Assembly: GCA_963677925.2 (NCBI GenBank)
Contig: CAXXYH010000003.1
Span: 148,142 to 212,141, forward strand
Source: Spirochaetia bacterium
Lineage (GTDB): Bacteria > Spirochaetota > Spirochaetia > UBA9216
Reading direction: 5' to 3'
DNA length: 64,000 nt
The translations under genes were made by a program, and so were the position numbers. This document shows positions 17,044-26,100 of the stretch, piece after piece. The notes under the pieces are model-generated. The model did not search any database. It was given only the letters and a program-made list of their open reading frames with translations, and was not told the origin of the DNA. The first letter of the stretch is position 1. Each line of letters opens with the position of its first letter.

Positions 17044-19035
17044 CTATAATTCTCCCTGTATAATTTTCCTTACATACCACCTGATAACATTCCAGTCATC
17101 ATTCTCTGGCAGCAGTATCCATGCTCCTTCGGAGCTGTATGTATCATACAGGATATTATCAAAACTTAAAACATGCTTGCCGGCCAGCTGAGAATTACCA
17201 AAATTACTGTAGAGACTTAAAAATTCAACAGGACTGAAATCGGTATCGACGTAATTGAAGAAAGCGTTTATAAGACTGTAAACCTTTGCTGCATCTGTAA
17301 CCCGAAGCTGCTGGAATTTATTAACTGCTCCTTCTATTATCATCTGCTGTCTTTCTGAACGGTTAAAATCGTTAGAACCATGTCTTGATCTTGCAACCCT
17401 CAGAGCTTCAACTCCGTTCAGACTGTAATCGCCGGCTTTGTAATTAAGAGTTGACCATTCACCGTTCTCACGTATCCGGTAGGTAGGATCGATGAGATCT
17501 TCATTTAAAGTTATATCAATACCGCCTAAAATATTCACAATATCTATAAAAGCATACATATCAACTATCACATATCTTGAAATATCCAGTCCAGTAATTG
17601 TTGATAATTCTTTTTTTAACTGTTCCGGCCCGTAATACTGGTAGATGCTGTTTACCCGCCTGCCCTTCCAGTACAAATCTCTGGGAATACCAATGAGATA
17701 AGCCTTTCCTGTGCTTTTATCGGCATGTACGATAATCATAGTATCAGTATTTTTTTCATGCATCCCGACAAGAAGACAGGTTATTGAATCCCGGCTTGAG
17801 TATATATCATTTACACTGCTGATATTTTCAGGGATTATAAAGTTTTTTTTTGATTCAGCCTTAAGCTCTGATTTAATGCTTACGGTTTTCAGCGAGGAAA
17901 TTGGTACTTCATCAGCATCAACAAGGTATATATCACCCAGCTTTTTTAAAACTGAAAATGAACCAAGCCTGCTGCCGTCTGCTTTTATCAGATCATAATA
18001 ATAATAATCATTATCTTCTCTGGGTATAAAATTCAATGTAAGATCAAGGGATTCGAGATAGCTTTGAAAAACTGAATCATTCTGAAGATCTTCAATTTTT
18101 GCCTGCGCATTCTGAATTAAAACTTCCTCAGCAGAACGAAGATCAAGAGTCTGTAATTGACTCAGAATAATGTTTGATATATCAGCGTCCTCGGAATAAT
18201 AACTATTGTTAATAAGAAAGCCCGGTTCATCTGCAACAGTAGTAAGTTCAGCACGCAGTGTATTAGAGTTGTTTTTGTTTGAAAAAATTAAAACTGGATT
18301 ATTTTCATCATCAATTGATATTCTGATGTCATGTTCAGTGCAGAATTGAGCTACTTTTTCTGAAACTGCTGAATTTGAAAGGTTAGCTGCCATCTCCTTC
18401 TGTAAACTCAGTCTTTTATCATATTTGGATGCCGCATCTCTGATAAAAGATACAGCTTCGTTTGAAGCTGATGTGATATCAAGTCTGCTGCCCTCAAAGC
18501 CGCTTATTGTATAAACTTCCGTTTCTGCTATAATTTCACCAAGCTGGAAGCCATTCTTATAGAATCCGCCGGTATTATTACCGGTCTTACGCATACTGAC
18601 GCCTTCTTTGTTTAATGCAGTATTAAAATCGGTATCATTAATTATTTTCCCAAGCTTAACCGAAAGTTTATAATTGTTTTCAGCATTAAAAAAGGCATCG
18701 ATTGCCAGAAGAAATTCATTCGAGGCAGAATCTTGAGATATGGAATCAGATTCTTCTGATATTCTTTCCGGATAAACCCTTATCGGCAGGCCGTTGGATT
18801 CACGGGTGTTTGTTAAATCCGAAACAAGCATTCCGCTGACATTGGATAAATAATTCAGGGTTTCCCTATCTTCCGAAATCTCCGCCATAAATGCATCATT
18901 GCGGCTGCTGAACTCTATTGTAAGTTTATGCAGTCTTGTATTCATCACAGATAAAGTAATGACAAGCGCAATGAGTAAAATAAGTAATATAATATTCTTT
19001 AAACTAATAAGCTCTTTTAACTTATCAAAAATCAA
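17044..19035 (-). CDS. LytR-CpsA-Psr (LCP) family membrane-anchored protein with long N-terminal extension
   Basis: One N-terminal TM helix. C-terminal LCP core reads LLVGMHEKNTDTMIIVHADKSTGKAYLIGIPRDLYW..YVIVDMYAFIDIVNILGGIDI..ALRVARSRHGSNDFNRSERQQ. The TTG start overlaps the purH stop (TTGA). Confidence 0.8.
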   Translation of the reverse strand: MIFDKLKELISLKNIILLILLIALVITLSVMNTRLHKLTIEFSSRNDAFMAEISEDRETLNYLSNVSGMLVSDLTNTRESNGLPIRVYPERISEESDSISQDSASNEFLLAIDAFFNAENNYKLSVKLGKIINDTDFNTALNKEGVSMRKTGNNTGGFYKNGFQLGEIIAETEVYTISGFEGSRLDITSASNEAVSFIRDAASKYDKRLSLQKEMAANLSNSAVSEKVAQFCTEHDIRISIDDENNPVLIFSNKNNSNTLRAELTTVADEPGFLINNSYYSEDADISNIILSQLQTLDLRSAEEVLIQNAQAKIEDLQNDSVFQSYLESLDLTLNFIPREDNDYYYYDLIKADGSRLGSFSVLKKLGDIYLVDADEVPISSLKTVSIKSELKAESKKNFIIPENISSVNDIYSSRDSITCLLVGMHEKNTDTMIIVHADKSTGKAYLIGIPRDLYWKGRRVNSIYQYYGPEQLKKELSTITGLDISRYVIVDMYAFIDIVNILGGIDITLNEDLIDPTYRIRENGEWSTLNYKAGDYSLNGVEALRVARSRHGSNDFNRSERQQMIIEGAVNKFQQLRVTDAAKVYSLINAFFNYVDTDFSPVEFLSLYSNFGNSQLAGKHVLSFDNILYDTYSSEGAWILLPENDDWNVIRWYVRKIIQGEL

Positions 19036-20285
19036 TGCTTGAAACTCCGCTGACCTGTAAATACCATTGCTGCATTATATTCATTACAGGCTTCAATACT
19101 TTCGAAATCCCGTAACGAACCTCCAGGCTGTATAATCGAACTGATGCCTTCTTTCAGGCCGACCTCTATTCCGTCTCTAAACGGAAAGAAAGCGTCCGAA
19201 ATCATTGCACTTCCGGGCAGTCCGCCTTTTTTCTCTGCAGTTTCAGCCTGAACGGCATCAATAATAGCTTTATCGGTCATTACAGCAAGCGGCTGGCCAT
19301 GTTTTTCATAACATATTCTATCTGCAAATTTCCTGTATGCTTTATCCCGTGCAATTTCGGCAACACCTACTCTATCCTGCTCGCCGGTACCGATACCAAC
19401 AGTAACCCCGTCTTTGACATAGATTACAGAATTGCTGGTTATACCGCTTTCTATAAGCCATCCAAAAAGCATATCATTCAGTTCCTGCTCTGTAGGCTCT
19501 CTAAGAACTTTATACTCCTTATCTCTGTAAACAGTTTCAGCAGGAAGAAGAGTTTCCTTTTCTGCTTTGGGAACAAATGACCATTGAGCAACAAGTCCGC
19601 CGTCAATCAATGATTTAAAATCTACAAACTGTTCACCGACAAAATCATGCAGTTTTGACATATTACCTATTTTCATCACTCTAAGATTTTTCCTGGTTGC
19701 AAGAAGTTCAAGAGTGCCTTCTTCAAATTCAGGAGCTACAACCACTTCAAGGTAACTTTCGGTAATCAATTTCGCGGTTTCCATATCAAGCGGTTTATTT
19801 ACAGCTACAGCACCTCCGAAGGCCGCTATGCGGTCAGCCATAAGAGCTTTATAGTAAGATTCAGCCAGAGTTTTCCCTCTGGCTACACCGCAGGGATTAT
19901 TATGTTTTACAATAACAGTAACAGGGTAATCATTGAAATATCTAAGGATATTAAGGGAATTGTCTGCATCGGTAATATTAGTTTTACCCGGATGTTTTCC
20001 AGACTGAAGAAGCTCAATATCGGAAGCAAGATACTTACCCGGCATTATTGAACTTACTTCTCCGAGAACAAGGTTTCCGTTTACAAGACGGTAAAGGGCA
20101 GCTTCCTGATCAGGATTTTCTCCGTATCTCAGCCCCTGCTTATCTCCATCTATATCCCAGTATACCTTTTCATATTTAAGTGACTGGCGATCTGAATCAT
20201 TATTATAAAAACTGATTTCCATATTATCAGGAAATAAATCCTTCCTGATTCGTTTATATATCGATGAAAGCTTTTCCTTAGCCAT
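19032..20285 (-). CDS. purH: AICAR formyltransferase domain protein (C-terminal half of PurH as a separate gene)
   Basis: Motifs LRYGENPDQ, VIVKHNNPCGVA, FGGAVAVN, SDAFFPFRDG, IIQPGGSLRD and FTGQRSFKH. The ATG overlaps the upstream stop as TAATG, and a GGAGG SD lies 6 nt upstream. Confidence 0.9.
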   Translation of the reverse strand: MAKEKLSSIYKRIRKDLFPDNMEISFYNNDSDRQSLKYEKVYWDIDGDKQGLRYGENPDQEAALYRLVNGNLVLGEVSSIMPGKYLASDIELLQSGKHPGKTNITDADNSLNILRYFNDYPVTVIVKHNNPCGVARGKTLAESYYKALMADRIAAFGGAVAVNKPLDMETAKLITESYLEVVVAPEFEEGTLELLATRKNLRVMKIGNMSKLHDFVGEQFVDFKSLIDGGLVAQWSFVPKAEKETLLPAETVYRDKEYKVLREPTEQELNDMLFGWLIESGITSNSVIYVKDGVTVGIGTGEQDRVGVAEIARDKAYRKFADRICYEKHGQPLAVMTDKAIIDAVQAETAEKKGGLPGSAMISDAFFPFRDGIEVGLKEGISSIIQPGGSLRDFESIEACNEYNAAMVFTGQRSFKH

Positions 20286-20974
20286 TATCTGCCTCCCTTG
20301 AAACTGTATACAGATTGAACAGAATTATAGGTTTTACTCAATAGAAAGCTGCTGATCTGACTGTCATATTCTGCAGTGTGGCTGAAAGTTTTTTTTGCAA
20401 GCTCAAAACGGAATTCCAATGATAATTTACCGTCTTCAGATTTCATTTCTCTGATTATCTTTTCATAATCTGAAGGATTGCAGACTGAAGCAACTCTTAG
20501 ATAATTCTTTGCAGACGCTCTCAGCATGCATGGGCCGCCGATGTCGATATTCGTTCTGGCTTCTTCGGCTGTTATACCATCCTGTTTGATGGTCTCACTG
20601 AAGGGATAAAGATTAACTACAACCATATCGAAGGCCACTGCACCGGTTCTTGAAAGATCGGCCTTATGTGCCTCATTATAAGTTTCACTAAGCAGTCCCA
20701 GATAAATTTTAAAATCAAGGGTTTTTACCAGTCCGCCCTGCATTTCGGGCTGTCCGGTATAATCACTTACAGAAATAAGATTTTTTACTGCATCATTACC
20801 AAGAAGTTCTGAAATTTTATTGTAAGTACCGCCTGTCGAATATATCTTGATGTCCGGGTTAATGCTTATAAGTCCCCTTACGAGGTCCTCCAGTCCTGTT
20901 TTATCAGATACGCTGATAAGTACATTGTTAATTGATACTTTGTCATCAATATCCGCAACTATATTTAATGCCAT
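20285..20974 (-). CDS. purH: IMP cyclohydrolase (MGS-like) domain protein (N-terminal half of PurH as a separate gene)
   Basis: Motifs LISVSDKTGL, STGGT, SDYTGQPEMQGGLVKTL, VVVNLYPF, NIDIGGPCMLRASAKN and HTAEYD. Confidence 0.9.
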   Translation of the reverse strand: MALNIVADIDDKVSINNVLISVSDKTGLEDLVRGLISINPDIKIYSTGGTYNKISELLGNDAVKNLISVSDYTGQPEMQGGLVKTLDFKIYLGLLSETYNEAHKADLSRTGAVAFDMVVVNLYPFSETIKQDGITAEEARTNIDIGGPCMLRASAKNYLRVASVCNPSDYEKIIREMKSEDGKLSLEFRFELAKKTFSHTAEYDSQISSFLLSKTYNSVQSVYSFKGGR

Positions 20975-21032
20975 GGTAGACCTCCGTATGTAAAACTTTT
21001 ACCATACAAACAGTCATAGTTTCAACATATCC

Positions 21033-21061
21033 TTGAAAAAAGACTTTTGTGGTGATACTAT
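21033..21061 (+). promoter_or_regulatory. Sigma70-like promoter for the 21093 OMP / lipoprotein pair
   Basis: TTGAAA - 17 nt - TACTAT, about 30 nt upstream of the TTG start. GAGGA SD at 21082-21086. Confidence 0.4.
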
Positions 21062-21092
21062 TTCGTTGATTATTATCTATTGAGGATATACT

Positions 21093-21725
21093 TTGAAAAA
21101 AAAATTAGTTCCAATCTTACTGACTGCTATGATTATTACGGTTTTTCCGATTACAGCACAAACCTCCGAAGAGGATGTTTCTGATGATTATATTGGAAAA
21201 TCAGCTTATTCTACCGGTGAACAGGTTTTTAATATCAATGCCGGTGCTATATTTCCCTTATTCACAATTGCTCCCTTCGCTTCAGAAGGAACAAGTGCAA
21301 TAAATCCGGATATCGGTGAAACTTCAATAGGACTGACCGGAAGTCTTGAGTTCGGCGCTTTTGTTATGGACAATCTGATGCTCGGCGGAGAACTAAGCGG
21401 TATGTTTGCTGCAACCCCTAACCGAGTTCTGACAATGGTTCCTATTTCTTTTACCGCAGCCTATTACTTCATGTTTTACCCTATAGAAGTTCCTGTACAT
21501 TTGAATATCGGCATGTCTTTTAATACTCTAGGAGATTATTTTACCATGACACCGGTGATTAAACCCGGTATCGGTGCTCTATGGAATATCAATGATGAGT
21601 GGGCAATTGGATTAAATGCTGAATACTGGTTTATTCCGGAAATATATTATTCAGATGAATTCAAAGATCAAAGTCGTATCGCTAATTTTCTGGAACTTGG
21701 AATTTCCGGGTCGTATCACTTCTAA
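21093..21725 (+). CDS. Small outer-membrane beta-barrel-like protein (about 8 strands, 210 aa)
   Basis: TTG start. Signal peptide MKKKLVPILLTAMIITVFPITA|Q. Alternating amphipathic strands with Gly/aromatic girdles. C-terminal ..GISGSYHF ends in an aromatic residue. Confidence 0.65.
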   Translation: MKKKLVPILLTAMIITVFPITAQTSEEDVSDDYIGKSAYSTGEQVFNINAGAIFPLFTIAPFASEGTSAINPDIGETSIGLTGSLEFGAFVMDNLMLGGELSGMFAATPNRVLTMVPISFTAAYYFMFYPIEVPVHLNIGMSFNTLGDYFTMTPVIKPGIGALWNINDEWAIGLNAEYWFIPEIYYSDEFKDQSRIANFLELGISGSYHF

Positions 21726-21734
21726 GGAATATTT

Positions 21735-23042
21735 ATGAAAAGAATTTTAACCATATTAACATTGATATCTTCCGTTTTATTGATTTATTCCTGTCCGGAT
21801 AATCCGACTGGTATGTTTTACAGTCTTGAAGAAGAGATAGAAATAGCAAACGGTTCGCTTGATGATGCTCTTACTGTACGCTCAATGGGTAAATTCGGAA
21901 CTGGAACTGATGAAACATACTTTGCTGCGGCAGGGAATTTATATTTCAAAAAAACAGATGATATTGAATCAAGCGGAGTGGTTTGGAACTATGCAAAACC
22001 GCCGGGATCTACTGAATCTGAGAACTCAAATTATATAACCTACGAAGCTATTCTTTTAAACGGTAAAATCTTTGCAGTTTATTATGATACAGACACCACA
22101 GAGCATCATCTGTACAGCTGTGAGGCCTCTTCCCTTTCTGCTGACTCTGTTTCGCTCTGGACCGAGGTTGATATAAACCAGCTCGATTCATCTGCAGGGG
22201 AATATGTAGTGAATATCGAGATTGCAGATACAACACCAAATCAGACCTTATTTATTTACACTATTACACCTAATGCAACTGTGGGCGGTTATTCGACTTC
22301 CGTCTACAATGTTTATTCTTATACAGCTCCTGTTCTTGATATTACTGCTGCAATGACGCTGACTGAGGAGCTGACTGAGATTACAAACGGCGGGACCTTT
22401 GATGTAGATGTTGAAAGTGACAATACATTCTGGTTAATTTCGGGTATAAGGCTTTATACCGGAGCGACAGGCTCTCTTTCTGAAATATCTGATACTGCAG
22501 TTTTTGATGACACAGATGCAGGTACCGATGATGAAAAGATTTCAGATTTACTTCTGAATCAGGGATACGGAGGTCTCGTATGTTATAATAACGGATCGAC
22601 GGATTATATCTATCTTACATTAAAAGAAGGCTATATTTTAAGGTATGACGGCAGTTCATGGACTGATGCATATAACACGGATATTTACAGCTCATCAGCC
22701 GATACTTATCCAGATCCGCTTGACCTTGATCTTTACGATGTTGAACTTGTTACTTTTGGTGATGAGAAAGTCCTGCTTTTCGGTACCAATTCAGGATATT
22801 ATGAGCTTCAAATTGAATCTGCCGGCACAATGAATACAACTGCAGAGATTTTTTCACCGGAAGACTCAACTTCATTATTTTGTACTAAAACACATTACAC
22901 TTCAATTGATTTATCGAATGCTGTAATAACTGATTTTTATTATGATTCTGATTATGACTATCTCTTTGCATTGGGGTTTAACAACGGATTGTGGTTCAAC
23001 TATGAGAGCTCAGACAGTTCAAGACTCTGGGCTGTTGAATAA
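21735..23042 (+). CDS. Lipoprotein, unknown function (435 aa)
   Basis: Signal peptide plus lipobox LLIYS-C. Rich in Thr, Ser, Asp and Tyr. Lies 9 nt after the OMP-like gene. Confidence 0.7.
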   Translation: MKRILTILTLISSVLLIYSCPDNPTGMFYSLEEEIEIANGSLDDALTVRSMGKFGTGTDETYFAAAGNLYFKKTDDIESSGVVWNYAKPPGSTESENSNYITYEAILLNGKIFAVYYDTDTTEHHLYSCEASSLSADSVSLWTEVDINQLDSSAGEYVVNIEIADTTPNQTLFIYTITPNATVGGYSTSVYNVYSYTAPVLDITAAMTLTEELTEITNGGTFDVDVESDNTFWLISGIRLYTGATGSLSEISDTAVFDDTDAGTDDEKISDLLLNQGYGGLVCYNNGSTDYIYLTLKEGYILRYDGSSWTDAYNTDIYSSSADTYPDPLDLDLYDVELVTFGDEKVLLFGTNSGYYELQIESAGTMNTTAEIFSPEDSTSLFCTKTHYTSIDLSNAVITDFYYDSDYDYLFALGFNNGLWFNYESSDSSRLWAVE

Positions 23043-23078
23043 TAGAATATTTAATCAGGCTATTTAACAGATGCTTTT

Positions 23079-23126
23079 AAAAAGTCATATCTAAATTACC
23101 AAATAGGTATTTTGATATGACTTTTT
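23079..23126. terminator. Bidirectional rho-independent terminator between convergent genes
   Basis: AAAAAGTCATATC - 22 nt loop - GATATGACTTTTTTT between the stops at 23042 (+) and 23127 (-). Confidence 0.6.
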
Positions 23127-26100
23127 TTAATAATCGTAATATTCATCAGCCCCGATATCATATACCGGATTTACTCCAAGAACTCTATTCGGTCTTGATT
23201 CTCCATCGATATCAGCCTTGTTATTTATCAAATTTTCGAGATTATAACCGGAGTCAATACATGGTGATTCCGGATTGAGCCGGTAGTTCCCGTCTTCATT
23301 AAAAATTAAATCAGTACCAATATTCCCTGATATATTACCGCTTGAAAAGGAACCGTCAAGAAGATCAAGTTCAATTAGATTTAAAGCAGCATTTATACCG
23401 GCAGTAAATGCAGACCAGCCATTAAAGCAGTTATTTTTAATGGAGAAATGGTTATCATTAAAATTATTTACAAAAATACCCTGATTTCCAGGCATCTCTA
23501 TATCAAAAATATTATTTATATATTTTATATTACTGTTAACAGACTCATCAAACAGTACTTCAGCATCGATTGAATTAAGAACAAAGGTATTATTGAAAAC
23601 TTCAATGTCAGATTCTTTATTTTTAAAGGCCAGAATATTATCGGTATCGCCAAAGTCAAATATATTGGTTTCAAAACGATGTTTCCCATTAGCGGAATTA
23701 AAAAGATAAACGAAATCAGAAACACTGTTTCCTGTTTTAATTGTATTTCTATTAAAAGAGGACTGCCCTCCGGTGAGTTTAAATCCTACTATACTGTTTC
23801 CTGCGTCAGTTACAAAAGTAGATGCTGTAAGCTCTATACTCGAATCTACCGCTTCAACAATATTGAAAAGTCTTACATCGGGATGGCTTTTTACTTTAAT
23901 GTAGGTTGCTGTCAAATTGGAGTTTTCCGCATTGATTACAGAAGCCGAGACATCAGCTGAGACAATATTAAATTCTGCAGAGCGCAGATTCAGAAAACTT
24001 GAATCGGATCTTATACAGTTTAAATTTCTACCGCTTTCAGCAGTTATTTTTGATGAACTTAATACAAAATTTCCTGTGTTATTGATCCTTATAATATCAA
24101 AATTATTATTATCGCTTCCTCCGATTATGCTGCTGTTTACAATTTTCAATAAACCGTCTGATGAATCAATTATACTATCCTGCTGTGCCGTTGCTGATAT
24201 AGACGAATTTATAATATTTACTTCACCGTAAAACTGTCTGATAAAAGATGACAATTTAACTGCTGTAGTATTAAATTCGCAATCGTTAAAATTCAATGTC
24301 CCCTTATTCAGAAAAAAGACAGAATCAGTTAACTGTTCAATGTTTTCAGTTCTAATCTTCCTCAAATTTAAGGTGCCGCCGTAAATATAAAACAAAGGAT
24401 TGGATCCTCGAAATACGTCACCTGTTTCAATAAGGCTTGTTCCTTTTTGCTCAAACCAGTTGTTACTGTTAAAACCACCGTAAATAGAGATATCTTCATC
24501 GATTATTACTGAAGAATTTAGAGTATAGATGCCTTCTGCAAGAAATATTGTTTTTCTGTCGGAATTTTTAAGCTGTTCAACTGCCCGGTTTAAAGTTTTA
24601 AAAGGATTGCTCCTTGTTCCGCTGGCATAATCCTTACCGTCCGGTGATACATATATGATCTCTTTATCAATTGTAATCGACCATACTGCCGTATTTGATC
24701 TGTTACCGGCTCCGTCTTCGCTGAAGGCCATAATCATATAGGTCGAATAAGTTCCTGATTCAGATGCAATACGGATAGGTTTTGTAAAAAGGCTGAATTC
24801 TTCAGAAGACGAATTTATATCAGTAATTGAATAAAATATTTTACGCTCATTAGATTCAAAACTAACGGTTTGATCATCCAGGTAATATTCACCATCGATA
24901 ATTCCTGAAAGCCCCGGGGGCAGCGGTGCTTTCTTATCAATACTGAATCGAATTGTTTGCTGTTTTCCACCGGTTATATCATCTTTATTCTGGAATTCTT
25001 TAAATTTTACAGAATAATTAATAGTTTCACCATCTGCTGCGCTGAAAACAAGTTTATCGGGCATTTCCGGACTGAATACTGTTACTTCAGGAACGTTGAA
25101 ATCTTCTGTAGATATTTCATAACGTATAAATGCTCCGTCTGTTACACGCCTTGCATTAACATCACTGTTATATGAAGCATTGTTTTCAATTCCATTTACA
25201 ATTACGCCCTCGTTATTAAATGGCAGAAAAATATTCTGACTGCGTATATCGCTGAAATTCCCGCCTGAATCAGTTTTTAAGTACTCAATATGAATACTTT
25301 CAAGATCCTTATCGAATTTAAATGTTATAGGGTAAATAAAATCTGTAAACTCTTCATCTATTTCAGGTATTCTGAATTTCAAAGAATCTGATCCGGTATT
25401 CCAACCCAACAGAATACGTGATTTACTATGGTTGAATTCAATAAACGGCAAAATATTATTTACAGGTTTTTTCTGATCAATTTTAAAACTTAAAAATTTA
25501 GTTTCACGGCTTAGATTACCGGCAGAATCCGAGGTTTTAATTTTCACATAGAGATTTTTTTCAATTCCCGGTTCTCCGTTTACAATAAGATTATCTGTGA
25601 AAAACTTTGAACCGATTCCCGGCTCTACTGGGATTTCCGGACTCTCTGTTATTTCATAATAGTATTTCCGGGAACCGTCCGGATTGTATGCTGAGATTAC
25701 AAATGAATCAGTGAAGTCCGATACTGATTCTGTAAGGATTGAACTATTATCCGGGACCTTTTTATCGATCGTAAAACTGAATAGCTCATCATTAATGCTG
25801 CGGTTACCTGCGGCATCTTCAGAACCTATGACTATATTAAATGTTTTTTCACTGCCGTCATCAACATCAAAAACAACAGGCTTATTAAATATAAAAGAAT
25901 TATCATCAAAAGGACTGCCCGGTATTTCCTGTCCTTCTCTGAAAGACATAAAAACTGTTGAGTTATCATCAATCAGCGGATTTAGCATAACCTGATAATT
26001 GACGGTCATACCGTTTCTTATACCGATAAGTTCAGGAATCTCTGGATTCTTATTGTCAATAACAAAACTGAAATTTTTAAAGTCTGATGTTTTTCCTGTG

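Noticed and set aside
19032-20974. Split purH interpreted as a frameshifted pseudogene
   Set aside because: The junction is a clean TAATG with GGAGG 6 nt upstream, and both halves retain all the motifs I can check. This favours a real two-gene arrangement, although confirmation at the read level is still advisable.
20975-21092. Possible ZTP (pfl) or purine riboswitch upstream of purH; likewise 2262-2332 upstream of purB
   Set aside because: The leaders are short and AT-rich. They lack the conserved GC-rich pseudoknot segments of ZTP riboswitches and the purine-riboswitch junction sequences.
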